A stretch of DNA of 63,015 bases, filler included, from Basidiobolus ranarum (GCA_040143965.1; 6 parts of 6 records of this genome joined end to end with filler, not necessarily neighbours in it), one strand, 5' to 3'. Shown: positions 35,890 to 48,778, numbered from the whole stretch's first letter. Numbers and translations: made by a program. The notes: generated by a model not told the origin, from the letters alone.

Positions 35890-38106
35890 CTACTGCCCAG
35901 CATTATAATTTGGTAGTTGTGCTTGATTAAACATAGAAATAAATACATTCCATAGTTCAAGGTCCAATTCAGTTGAATTTTCATTATCATCATTTTCGGG
36001 AGTTATAGTATTGTTTACCCTCGACTCTGGCGAGTTCAAAGTATTCTTAGTTGTTGGTTCTTCTCCAGGACATACACGTGGTTCTGTTACTGTTCCAAGG
36101 TAAGTACTCGTGGGGTAGGTAGAGAGGAGTGAAGTTGAAGGCGAGTTAGAGGGTTCGAAATGCGGGTTATGTATTGGCATGGTAGTAAGCACCTTGACGC
36201 ATGGTTGTCGGGGTTGTACAAGTAAGCTTTCAGAATCGTGGCGAGAAGGCAGACTGGCTAGATAATCGGTGGTAGAAAGCTGTTCGTTGGACGAGGAATA
36301 GATCACTGGTTGTTGCGAGTCAGATACCATGTCTGAGAGTCCATGAGACTGGATCATATCCTCGACGAAGAGTAGGTTTCGGCAGTAGATTGATGAGTGT
36401 ATATCGAGTTTCTTTAGGACGTTGAGGTTAATAATCAGATTGGCCTTAGAGGCATAAGCCAAATTAGAATCCGACGAGGTTATGTTCATTGTGTGGATAG
36501 TACTCGCACAGAATATGAATGTCGCTTTAATTTGTATTCCATGCAGTAAATTAGAGGTCGGAATATGATAGAAGATATAGGAAATGATGCTGGCCGATTT
36601 AGCACACGCTTGGAGTGCGAGATTATTGAATGGAGATGTGTTGTCGCCGGAAGGCGCAATGTATGGGCGATTGGTCAAGATGACAATGTAGTGGTAGTAT
36701 AGGGCTAGCATTGTGGCGTAGTGGCTATTTGGTCGGCCGAGGGTGATATCATACCAGAATTCTGGTAGAAGTGTAGCATTCCAATCACTCAGTGATTTAT
36801 TGAGATGTAGGAGTGTATCACGCGCTTTTAGTTTGCTTTGTTTTGCTACTCCATAAATAGTACGAAGGGTTTGTGTGAAGATCGTGAATAAGCGAATAAC
36901 TTGATTGAAATAGCGAACACTTCCTGCAAATTCATCTTCTATCGCGTTCTTGTCAGAGTTTTTGTTACGAACATCTATGAGAAGTTTGACATCACAGTCC
37001 TCCTCATTTATATACATTGGTCTTCCGAGAACTGCACTCACTAGCCGATCTAAGAAGAAACATCCCCACCAAGTAAGTTGTCGATTCTGCTTCTGTACTA
37101 AATCCATCTTATCCAAGTTTAGATTACGATGAAGTCCTAACTCTTGCCCTATTCGAATGGCCATACCGAGATATATCCACCCTACTTGCTGATGAAAAGA
37201 CGTTAGGATCAAAGCTTGGACCGTCTGCACAGTAGGGGCTAGATATTCTCTATTAAGGTAGGTTTTTGCTTGAGTAAAGAAGTAATTGGTCACGCTAGTA
37301 TGGGTTTCCGTATCAACAAATACATCACCTCTCTGAGTGTATCGGCATACCAATGTATAAATAGAATTTAATAAGGCCAGTGACACTTGCTTTCCAGAGT
37401 TAATTCGATCCTCCAGATCAACCCTGTTGAAGATTGGAATGTATCTGTGAAATTTATCGAAGTAAATTGATAGTAATCGTGTGGTGAGCTCTCGGAAGTG
37501 GGATTCATTTAATAGGGCCCGCGGAATACTGTCAATGTGATTTGGGTGAAATTTTTGCTCTTGTACCAGTCCGTCAGGATTGACCTTCCCACCCTCTAAA
37601 GTATATAGCCCTGAACTACGTCCTACATATCGAAAAGATTGTTTACCATCCAAAGCCAAATTACTGAGGCGCTGAGAGAGTTTTAACAAAGCGTTATCTT
37701 CCTCGTCTTCCTCTTCTTGTGAGGCATCAGTACTCTTTAAGTTTCAAGGAGCAGAATATAAGTATTGACTTGGGTGAATATTATTCAAAGTAAGCAACAA
37801 GTATGAACAATTTACCTCAAGGAGCCGTGTTTTCCCACGTCCTTTCGAGCGAGTCTCCTCTACTAGTGGCAGTATCAGGGTTTCTAGTTTTTCTAAACGA
37901 CTCTCAAGTAATGTTATTTGTGAGCGGTTAGGCCCTCTTTTTTTGGGTTTATATGCAAAAGTACAATCAAATCCAAAAGCTGCACAGTGAGAACAAATTG
38001 GTGTTGCTCCATCACATTTGACTTTTTTCTTACGACATGCATCACATGCGCGTGAAGATTTTGATTTTTTTATAGGAAGAGGGCTGCATTCTGACAGGAA
38101 AGACAT
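35890..38106 (-). CDS. Zn2Cys6 + Fungal_trans transcription factor, copy 2; exons 38106-37816 and 37734-35890
   Basis: RACDACRKKKVKCDGATPICSHC. Same intron position and domain order as copy 1. Confidence 0.93.
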
Positions 38107-39148
38107 ATCCAAAGTCTACCTGTATGATTAAATATGTGTATATATTTATATATTGCTTCTTCCTATTAAGATGTCATCAGGGCCGATTTCAAGAGTTTGG
38201 TTCACCTGGTCACATTGGGAATTTACTCGGTGTGCGATCGATCGCCGAATAATTTTGAAGGAAACTGCGGATCAACTTCACTTACTGCTTGACACTTCCG
38301 AATTCGATATCCAATCTCCCTGTGAATAGCAGTAAGATCTCACGCTTCAGCTCAGGTGCACCATGGACTGGTCATATTCTTTTGATAAATTGAGATGAGA
38401 TGTTTGCTGGACCTGATATTTCGATGATAGATTTTGCAACCCGATTGACGAACTTACTAACCTAAGCCTAAATAGTGTGTGAGATTACTGTCATAAAAAC
38501 TAATCTTAAATTTGATAGTCAGAATCGCTACTAGAGCAAGAATCATTTAACAACTGTCGTCCGTAGATAAAGCTCATTGAGTGGTTACTTGAGGTAAAGC
38601 GAAAGGCGAATGTAACTGTAGATACAAGATCCCTTTTATCTTCAACTTCATATGTGTCACGCATGTTCCTTTATTAAACGCGACCATCGAACAGATAGGG
38701 CATTCTGAACATATTCTAAATATGCAATACGTGAGTTTCTCCAGTGAACTCTGTTCATCGAGAATGAGTATGTTTAGTGCACAGAGGACAATGTGAATCG
38801 AACTGAATATGCAGCCATAGCTCCTGGATAAGCTTTCCTTTAGCCACCCCACAAGGTAATAATGAATTCCAATTATGATGTCCAGAATCATATCAATAAG
38901 TGTAAAAGAACATCGCATATTAGCTCCTTGAAGGCGTCACCAAGGTTGAGACGCGCAATTCAGTAAAGCAAGAGTGTTATCTCTGAAAAGCATTACGGAA
39001 TTTATTTTATACAAACGGTTTAGTACAAAGCTTGTACTATACTTGTGGGTATTCTCAGCACCTATATGAGATGTTCTGTCGAAAGATTGAAGGGTATACG
39101 CCGAATAAATATACAAAAACTAGCTAAAATTATAGGAATTTCAGTGGA

Positions 39149-41394
39149 TTACTTCTCTGCATTACTTGCTGGTAGTTGTGCTTGATTAAACATCGATATA
39201 AATACATTCCACAACTCAAGGTCAAAATCAGTGATGTTTTCTTTGTTATCATCTCCAAAATGTATGGTATTATGTACACCCAATCCTGGTGGATTGAAAC
39301 TATTCACATTTGTAACCGGTAAGATTTTTCCAATATCTCCCTCTGTATATACTTCTGAAGTATTGCGGTCAGTGCTGCTGGTAGGATCAGTGGGAAAGCA
39401 TGAACCTGAAGGCGAGCTACGAGACTTCAAATGTAGTGGGTGTTCCACTGGAGTTGTTGGCGAGTTGGTGCACGTTTGTCGAGATTGGAAAACCAAGCTT
39501 TCGGAGTCATGCCGAGAGGGCAAACTGGCTAGATAATCAGTGGCAGAAAACTGTTCGTTGGATGAGGAATAGATCCACTGGTTGCTGCGAGTCAGATACC
39601 ATGTCTGAGAGTCCATGAGACTGGATCATATCCTCGACGAAGAGTAAGGTTCGAAATAAAATTGTTGAATGAATGTTGATCTTCTTAAGGATATTGAGGT
39701 TAACAATCAGATTGGCCTTAGAGGCATAAGCCAAATTAGAATCCGACGAGGTTATGTTCATTGTGTGGATAGTACTCGCACAGAATATGAATGTCGCTTT
39801 GATTTGAATCCCATGTAGTAGGCATGATGTGGGGATATGATACAGAATATAGGAAACGATACTAGCTGATTTAGCACACGCTTGGAGTGCAAGATTATTG
39901 AGTGGGGATGCGTTGTGGCTTAATGGCGCAATGTATGGGCGATTAGTCAAGATGACGGTGTAGTGGTAGTACAGCGCCAGCATGGTGACATATTGGTTGT
40001 TCGGTCGACCAAGAGTAATGTCATACCAGAACTCCGGTAGAAGTGTAGCATTCCAATCGCTCAGCGATTTATTGAGATGTAGAAGAGTGTCACGCGCTTT
40101 CAGTTTGCTCTGCTTTGCTACTCCATAAACAGTACGAAGAGTTTGCGTCAAGATTGTAAACAGACGAATGACTTGATTGAAATAACGAACACTTGCGACA
40201 AACTCATTCTCTCTTGGGTTCTTGTCAGAACCTTTGTTACGAACATCTATGAGAAGTTTGACATCACAATCTTCCTCATTTATATGCATTGGTCTTCCAA
40301 CGATTGCGCTCACTAGCCGATCTAAGAAGAAACATCCCCACCAAGCAAGTTGTCGATTTTGCTTCTGTACTAAATCCATATTATCCAAGTTTAGATTACG
40401 ATGAAGCCCCAGCTCTTGCCCTATCCGAATGGCCATGCCACTATAGATCCAACCTACTTCCGGTTGAAAAGCCATTAAGATCAATGCTTGGACAGTCTGC
40501 ACAGTAGGGGTTAAATATTCTCTATCAAGGTAGGCCTTTGCTTGGGTGAAGAAATAATTCGTAACACTCACATGGGTTTCTATATTATCAAATAAGTCAT
40601 CCATATGAACATGCAGGCAAACTAAAGCGTATATTGCATTCAGTAAAGTCAATGACACTTCCTGTCCAGAGTCAATTCGATCCTGAAAATCAATTTTGTT
40701 GAAGATTGGAATGTATCTATGAAACCTATCAAAGTAAATCGACAGTAATCTCGTGCGAAGCTCTGGGAGAGGTAAATCTCTTGATAGGACCAGCGGTATA
40801 CCGCCATTGTCATGTGAGCGGTACCTTAAATCTTGGCATAGTCCGTCTTGGTTATACTTGCCACCTTCTAAAACGTATAGCCCTGAACTACTTCCTAAAT
40901 ATCGAAAATATTGTTTTCTATTCAGTTTTAAATTACTAAGACTCTGTGAGATTTTCGATAGAACATCGCCTTCTTCTACTTCCGCATCGTGGAAAACATC
41001 TGTATCCTTTGACTATTAAAGAATAGATCGTAAGTATTGACTCGGATCAATATTGTCTATAGTAAGAGAATTCGATTTCTGACTAGTATAATCCTTTTAC
41101 CTTAGAAAAGAGATTGGTTTTTCTACATCCTTTCGAATACTTCTCTTCTATCATGGGTAATATCAGCTGTTCTAGTCTTTCTAAACGATTCTCAAGTAAG
41201 GTTTCTTGTGAGGGATTAGGTCCCCTTTTTTTTGGTTTATATTCAAAAGTACAATCATACACAAACGCGGCGCAGTGAGAACAAACTGGTGTTGCTCCAT
41301 CACATTTGACCTTTTTCTTACGACATACATCACATGCGCGTGTAGCCTTTGGCTTTTTGGTAGGAATGGGGTTGTATTCTGACAAACTTGACAT
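39149..41394 (-). pseudogene. Zn2Cys6 + Fungal_trans transcription factor, copy 3, with a 1-bp insertion frameshift at 39575-39576; exons 41394-41101 and 41006-39149
   Basis: Same architecture as copies 1 and 2. AGATCCACTGG replaces the AGATCACTGG of the other copies, giving a premature stop at 39537. The original C-terminus (ELWNVFISMFNQAQLP) survives in another frame down to 39149. This could be a sequencing error. Confidence 0.8.
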
Positions 41395-42023
41395 CTCTAA
41401 TCTCTTCGAATATGTTTATATATCCCTTGTATTATTGTTTCCAGAAGTCATGAAGCTGAGTTTTATGAGTTGAAGTGACCCGGTTATGTTAGAAATTTAT
41501 TAGGAAAATAATTGATGTGCAAGTGTGATTAGAGGATCACAACGGTCCAACATCACTTGATTGGTACGTTTGTTCACTACGGATTCTCATAAATCCCAAC
41601 TAAAACGAGTGGATGCATAATTATAGGTGGATTGCCAATGTAAAAGCAGTGAGTATATACTGTAAATAAACAATATGTAGGAGAAAACACAGTGATATAT
41701 CCACAAATCAGATATCTTCAAATAACTTGCCAAATAATAAATACGGATTTACTACTGAGTTCGCTAGCAGTGAGGATAACTCATAATATTAGTGATGATA
41801 CCGACTAACGGAACAATTGATTCTCATTTAAGTATACAGCTTGGGTATCACCTTTCAATGTGTAAAATGACATATATACTGCGCTGTACAGTCAGTTTAA
41901 TACAAAACCTATGCTACAAGTTGTAGTAATCTACAGCACACTCTATGTGAATACGAAAGGTTCAGCTCGAAGAGTATCTAAAATATACAATAACGGATAG
42001 TGTATTTTATGGTAAGAAGAGCA

Positions 42024-42123
42024 NNNNNNNNNNNNNNNNNNNNNNNNNNNNNNNNNNNNNNNNNNNNTTAATTAATTAANNNNNNNNNNNNNNNNNNNNN
42101 NNNNNNNNNNNNNNNNNNNNNNN
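42024..42123. other. Artificial contig spacer
   Basis: N44-TTAATTAATTAA-N44. Confidence 0.98.
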
Positions 42124-43149
42124 CTCGCTACGGTCGTCAATACGATGAGGAGGAGCGCAGTATTATTGTTTTAGCCATGGGGTAATCTATTCAAGCAATG
42201 ACACATCTACTTGTGGCAGGACATTTGTTGACTGCAAGCCAGGGATATATTGGCTGAATTCACTATGGAAATTTGCCAAACTCCAAGAGCTTATTCTCAT
42301 TGTGAATGGTAACAAGAGTCAGCTATTTGCCAAGTGTCAGTGCTATTCAAAGTTTCAGATGTTTAGCAGTTTTTCCACCGTTAGTTTGCTGGTAAAGCAT
42401 ATTGATATTGTTGAGTTATGTCTGATCAGTCAAGTTTGTGTATATGTAGAGACTAAACACAACAAGATTCTTGTATTTTTTATTCTCATTATGGCTGGAA
42501 TACAAAGCCTAAAATATCTAAATAAAGGCATGCATATTAATTTGAATTCCTACAGCATTAAACCCAGTAATTTGCCATTCAAAATCATATTTTTACAAAA
42601 ATTGCGGGATATTGAATAATGCATACCAAATTTGAGGATCAATATTTTAACATGTATGAATACCATTAAGATACCAGTAATTCTAACATTCAAAGTCTTT
42701 TGGTTAGCTGGTCTTTGTAGAAGTATTCTACCTTCACATGCCAAATCAATTTGTGTTATTGTGTAGGCTAAATGGTCAAACTCACATTCTGCTCTGCTAT
42801 GCTGTCATGGTAGGATTTGTATGTGTGGTGTGAAATTGATTGAAATCCAGTATGAGAATTCACAAAGGAAGCAGCATGTAGCTGTTGCTCAAGTACCAAA
42901 CTATGAAGGTATTGTAGCATTGTTGAGTGACTCTCTAACTGATGAATAGTTGCTTCAAAACACTGTACTGATTGCAATATTGCTTCCTTATTGCTTGTCA
43001 ATGCCTATATAGCAAATCTGTAGCTTTTTCTTATGATATCATATATAGCATACCCTAAATATCATCCTTATGTAGTGTGTGTTCATTTTTATATACCAAT
43101 ATCCTTCTCATGTCACAAGACCATTGTTTATGGAAGACTTACTATTATT

Positions 43150-43290
43150 ATTCACCAGTTCTTGTGCTATGAAAGCTGAAACCTTCACAGCAAAGATAAT
43201 AAAAGAAGCAATGTGGTTAACAAACCCTTGACATATTTTGGCTAAACTTAAAGTGCATCAGCAATATTATTTCAAGATAATCAAAGGGGG
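43150..43290 (+). mobile_element. Ty1/Copia RNase H remnant
   Basis: SCAMKAET....IIKEAMWL......ILFQDNQ resembles the Copia RNase H pattern S..EAEY.A....KEA.WL...I..DNQ. Confidence 0.6.
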
Positions 43291-43329
43291 GAGCAGCAAG
43301 AAGCAGGGCCCATGCATCATCACAGGAGT

Positions 43330-45123
43330 CGATGTGATTAAATGTCTTTTTCCACCCATTGACAAATTTTTCATAGGTCTACCAAAATCTAAATGAACTA
43401 GATCCAATATTTTGACAGATTTGATTAAACCAGAGCTCTTGAATGGTTGGCTGGCTTGTTTTCATGTATGCAACCCTCAAAATCTTCCATTTTGGGTGGG
43501 GGTTGCTGTTGAAATTAATATTGCCTAAACACTTGTATAGTCATATATAGCTCAGTACTTAGTTGTCTTAAAATTTGCCAAGATTGTATACATTATTCTC
43601 AATCAGGATTTGTCTAGAATATTTTTACCAGTATAGAAGTTCTCAGATATAAATATTTTTCAAACTTGTGCTAGAAGCCCCAAACTTTGCACATATGTTC
43701 CTTGGACCTTTCTTAGAATATTCTATATGTTGGTTTGTTTACATCTTGACAAAACTATAAATGTCAACTCTCTACTCAATAAATGAATAAGTGGAAACCA
43801 CCAATTTCTCCATTTCTCCAAACTACTAACAACAGGCTCCCAAATACTTTAACAGTTACTTTGAATTCCTGAAATTATGTAATGTTTGATCATTTTGCTC
43901 AAATAAATAAATCCAATATGCCCAAATCTCTTATGTCATAATTGAATAATTTCCTGATTTGAATAACTTATATTTACACCAAAATATCTTGGATTATATG
44001 TTAGTTTGTATAAGTTCTGATATTTTTCTCCCAAAGTTAAATAATTCCCATATTGATCAGTGATAGTGCAATGTGACTTATCAAAATTGAATTTTTGCCC
44101 TTCTGAGGTGGCCTTGCCTACAGTTATTAAATTCTTAGCACCAGCTGGAACATATAGTACATCCTTGACAGTATACACTTTCTCTTCAGAAGCACCAGTT
44201 AAATAGACTTAATTTGCTCCCATTTCAATGGCATCCAATATCTGGTTATCTCTAATAAAAACCTTTCTAAATGGGATTTCTTCATAATTCTCAAACCAAT
44301 GTTTTTCATTTGTGAATTGTTGGGAGGCTCCAGGATTAATATACCATGTCTGAGAATTCTTGTTGGGAGTCATAGATAAAGCAGATAGGTACAAGTGAAG
44401 TTCTGCTGCAACCACATATCCAGATTCACTATGTTTTTCCTCTTCAACAATTACTTTAAAGCAACCTTTGCTTAAATAGCCAGTTCTTTTACAGTAATCA
44501 CAGAATGTGTTACTTTTCTTCTTAAAGTGCTTTTCACCTTTATAGGAAGGTTATCCATAGCCTTTTAAAGCATTTTCTTTATTCTTTTGGTTGCATCCCA
44601 ATTAGCATAAATATCCATCTAGGCATCTACCAAATACATAATTTGAGGTCAAATTTTCAGTTCTTGATTCTAGAGCGAATAGTAGGCTCTGAAATGTATG
44701 TGGCAGACTATTCAGGACTGTTTCAGCCACTTAAGTAGTAGATATTACAGAGAGTGCAACCTTGGGGCTCATAGCTTGCTAAAGTATTTAGGAGCCTGTT
44801 GGAAGTGGTTTGGAGTATTAGAGAAATTTTAGGTTTTCACTTGTTAATTTATTGAGTAGAAAGTTGGCATTTATACTTTTTCAAGATGCAAACAGATTAA
44901 CATGTAGAATGTGCTAAGTAATGTCCCAGGAACATGTGTGCAAAGTTTGGGGCTTCTAGAACAAGTTTGAAAAATCTATCTATCTGAGAACTTCTAAGTT
45001 GGTAACAATATTCTAAGTAAATTTCAATTGAGAATAGGGGGTAATATCTTAGTGAAATATAAGATAGCTAAGTACTAAGCTATATATGACTATTTAGGTG
45101 CTCAGGCAATGCTAACTTCAACA
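43330..45123 (-). mobile_element. Decayed Ty1/Copia retrotransposon, 5' part: LTR (45123-44777), PBS, gag, protease, GAG-pre-integrase, start of integrase
   Basis: LTR, then PBS AGCTATGAGCCCC. gag VLNSLPHTFQSL and zinc knuckle CDYCKRTGY...C. Protease WYINPGAS and DVLYVP....NLITV. *HKRFGH, EGC, LDLVHLD...PM...S.GG. Many stops and frameshifts. Confidence 0.92.
43507..43854 (+). mobile_element. Solo LTR (348 bp) inserted antisense into the GAG-pre-integrase region of the Copia element
   Basis: TGTTGAAATT...TACTTTAACA, flanked by GTTGC/GTTAC. The host reading frame resumes on both sides. Confidence 0.9.
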
Positions 45124-46032
45124 TTATGGCTAAAGTTGATTAAGATGTTGAATAAAAATTAACTACCCAACAATATTAAATGGACAATCTGGTGAGTTGG
45201 TAGTTTGGGTGTGTTGCAAATCAACTTTTCACAGTCCAAAATCAGTGTTCCTCCCATATTGTGATAGGATTCTGCTGGCAAATCAGGATCAACTGAAATA
45301 TGTGGCAATTTCTCTCTGGTATTTCAACTTGCATTCATAGAGTATTATTATTCTCAATTTCTGTGTGGGGAAGTGATATGTCATACTCAACAAATGGGTG
45401 ATTATCACTTATTGAGTATATAGTTGGTTTTCAAACTGAAGTCAAGAGGTAAACAAACAAATTTGTAGGATGTGTTAAATGTAAAAAGCTTGGAGTCTTT
45501 TATATAATGCTGAAACTTCGAAGCAAATCCATGGTGATGATATTTCATATAGACATAATTTAATATAGGATAGCAAAATAGTTAAGCTATTTCTATTTTC
45601 AACATTTCCTGCACACATTATTGTTGGAGTAGAAGAGAGAATAGAAAATATATGTTACTAAGTTCTTCTAATGATCTTTATTTTTCTAATTAACTTGCCG
45701 AACCTTTATATTTTCATCATCAACAACTTCCCTAGACTTGGTGTAATTTGTACAAGAGCGACGCTCACAGCATTCAAGCATACCAAAGATTTTCATCAAT
45801 CAGAGTTCATAGGGAATATCATAATTACTGGTTTTGTCCTAGGTTGTGTAATTACCGTACATATCAGAACCCACTATTGCGATTTGAACCCCACCATATA
45901 TCGTCTAGATTGTACTTGCTACAAGCACACAATGTATTAAATGCATAATAGTCATGCAAATTATTCGGCATAAATCCATGAGTTATGGCTTCATTTTTCT
46001 TTCCATCAAGCCCATACTAGCGTAACTGACGA

Positions 46033-47751
46033 ATGAAGCGGTTGCCAATGCTTCAAATACAGGACTTTTCGGAAACCTTGGTCGCTTCCTTACCCTTTGA
46101 AGTACAAGAACTATTATTCTTCCATGTAGGTGATATATTTCTATATTTCGACGTGATCCAGTGCCCTAATGGTCGTCTCAGGGCATTGGTAGCCTACAAC
46201 GATGGACCAGGCTTTATATTAGAAAAAGCGATTAAAAGACATCATGAGTCTCTCCTGCAGTGGCTCTTACAAGAATACAACTTTCCAAAAGACTATTTGC
46301 TTGCAAGTGCTGCCAATTACGGTGATGTTAAAACTTTGCAATACATTACTTCGCTAATGGGTGAGGATTACAAAAAATATGATATACCAGCAAAATTATT
46401 TTGCATTGCAGAAGGCAAAATGTCCCAATTGGAATACTTGTATCAAAGGAACCCTACTTTCAAAAGTATGTGCGAATATGTAAGCTGGTATATTGTTATT
46501 GGAATGTATAATTCTCAAGAGATTTGTTCTTGGTACGTGAAGAATAAACCAACTACATATGAAATTAGCGAAGTGGACCTCATTCGAGGGTATCTACAAA
46601 ATAATGACACCACTGGAGCCTCCGAGCAGATTGATTCCAGTGACCTTAGTAGTTTGATGAAAGCGTTATCCGCTATCCGGTCCGGAAACGAAGCAACATT
46701 TCGATGGTTGATTGCCACCTATCCCGATGAAGATGTGTTAGTATTTGTGGCAGATGCATGCGCGAGGATAGGATACCCAGACACACTGGAAATACTTTTT
46801 AACGAACCATACAATGTTCATGTGGAGTACGGCTTTTTTGAAGCGATAGCCAATTTGGCAGTAGCTCAAGTATTGCACAAATATGCATACAAAAGAAACA
46901 GTATCTCCAGGCTACTGTACAAAGGCGTACTTCGAAAGGGTAAACCTCGTTTCAAGTATTATTGCACTCCTAACAACTACTCCATGCTCTTAAAGAAATT
47001 TACACAATCCTATGAAAGCTCTGAACGTCGGACGTTTTCTCATTTCTTGGCCAGACCCTCAGAAGATGTGTTGATGTTTTTAATGGATTTAGCGGATGTA
47101 ACCTCGAACGTTGAGGAATTAAATACATATGTCAAGTATGCCATCGAACATGGACACTTGGGAGTTCTGCAGAAGTTGCGACCACACATGCGAGAGGAGG
47201 ATGTAAGCACTCTCGCACGACAAATTGAAGCGAGATTAGTAAACGTGTATTCAAGTTCTAGTCCAGCCATGGTTGAATATCTCTTAGAGTGGGGGATGAC
47301 TCAGAAGCAAGACGTAGATCTTTTGATACCTAAATTCGAACTGAAGTTCATTCAGAAGCTTGTGGAAAGGGGACTTGCTACAGATTGCCATCATAACTTG
47401 TTTGAATGGAACTCTCAAACTCAAGACACGTTGCAAAAGCTGATGCTAAGAAGCATCGGCGGGGGTTTTATGCCAAATCATTTCGAGAATACGGCGACTT
47501 TTCTAGAGATGGCGCGCTCGTCATATGTTGGATTTTATGAGCAAAATAGCTTTGACAATATTGAAATATGTAATTCTCAAGTTACATTTTCTACGGATCA
47601 TTTAATGAGGTACCGAACATATAGAGTAACTAGCCTTTCAAAACAAACCTGCACCCTTGATAAAATTGTCAGAATGATCAAACAAAATTTAACAGCAGTT
47701 CATATACATCTGCTACTTCATGAGTTGAACAATAGGGTGAAATGCAAATAG
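46033..47751 (+). CDS. Degenerate ankyrin-repeat-like protein (572 aa), possible F-box-like N-terminus
   Basis: Long intronless ORF followed by AATAAA. Repeated A(A)..G...L..L units (SAANYGDVKTLQYI, AIRSGNEATFRWL, CARIGYPDTLEIL, YAIEHGHLGVLQKL). N-terminal SLPFEVQELLF. Confidence 0.65.
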   Translation: MKRLPMLQIQDFSETLVASLPFEVQELLFFHVGDIFLYFDVIQCPNGRLRALVAYNDGPGFILEKAIKRHHESLLQWLLQEYNFPKDYLLASAANYGDVKTLQYITSLMGEDYKKYDIPAKLFCIAEGKMSQLEYLYQRNPTFKSMCEYVSWYIVIGMYNSQEICSWYVKNKPTTYEISEVDLIRGYLQNNDTTGASEQIDSSDLSSLMKALSAIRSGNEATFRWLIATYPDEDVLVFVADACARIGYPDTLEILFNEPYNVHVEYGFFEAIANLAVAQVLHKYAYKRNSISRLLYKGVLRKGKPRFKYYCTPNNYSMLLKKFTQSYESSERRTFSHFLARPSEDVLMFLMDLADVTSNVEELNTYVKYAIEHGHLGVLQKLRPHMREEDVSTLARQIEARLVNVYSSSSPAMVEYLLEWGMTQKQDVDLLIPKFELKFIQKLVERGLATDCHHNLFEWNSQTQDTLQKLMLRSIGGGFMPNHFENTATFLEMARSSYVGFYEQNSFDNIEICNSQVTFSTDHLMRYRTYRVTSLSKQTCTLDKIVRMIKQNLTAVHIHLLLHELNNRVKCK

Positions 47752-48778
47752 GTATTTCTGCCAATGGATTGGAATATTAACTAAAAATTAATAAAAGTTG
47801 TGCTTTTGCTATCAAAAACGCTCCGTGTACATTAAGCCTTAAGTGATACTAAGGAGAATGGTGTTAGGTTGAGTGTGGAGCCAATATAATTGATATATTT
47901 CTATTCTTAAAACTAGTCGGAAAATATTTGGATGTCAGATTTGGTGGCTTTCATTTAACAATTTATTGAGTATTTAATTGGCATTTATCCTTTTGTTCGG
48001 AAGCAAATAAAACAACATATAGAATGTGTTAAGTACTTGATAAATAACTAAATGGTCTGTTTTATTCTCTGTTTTCTTCACAGCACAATGCAATAGTGTG
48101 CCTTCTGTATTTCTTTCGAATGTATAAATCTGTTTTAATGGTCTCAGATTAGTAACCTCTAATACAACCCAAATTATTGTTAAAGGTTTCATGTAGACTA
48201 AGATCACATTATCTAGTATATCAGACCTCAAGGGAAGTTGTGTATGCCACAAGAACTTTCTAACTGTACAACTGGCTATGAAAAATAATACTTGCTATGA
48301 TTGTAGGATATACAATAGGGGCATTGAGCTTAAAAGCACTTTGGAGATAATGATTCTCAATGCATTGAACAATCTTATATAAATATCATTCAAGGAATGC
48401 ACAGCAGCTATATATATAACCAGATGTCATCTCAACTTTCCAATTAATTTAGCTAGTGTCTCCTTGCCTATAGTGGATGCTGGCAATCTTAGTGCTTACT
48501 TATATATATATATATATATACAAAACCGTGAAGAAATATTAGTTATACCTTTGAGGACTTTATGGACAGAGAAACACTCCATCAAATTTCATCAGCATTG
48601 AGTGACATATATTGTGAGTACCACTTGAATGATCAACCATGGAACTGACAAACTTGCACTATTTTCTAAACCCTAAAATTTGAAATCTCTTCAAAGTGGG
48701 CCAATATCATCTACTATGGCTAAACCTCAGAGTCTGGTGACAATATTATCACTCTGATGATAATATTGTTCTACCAGT

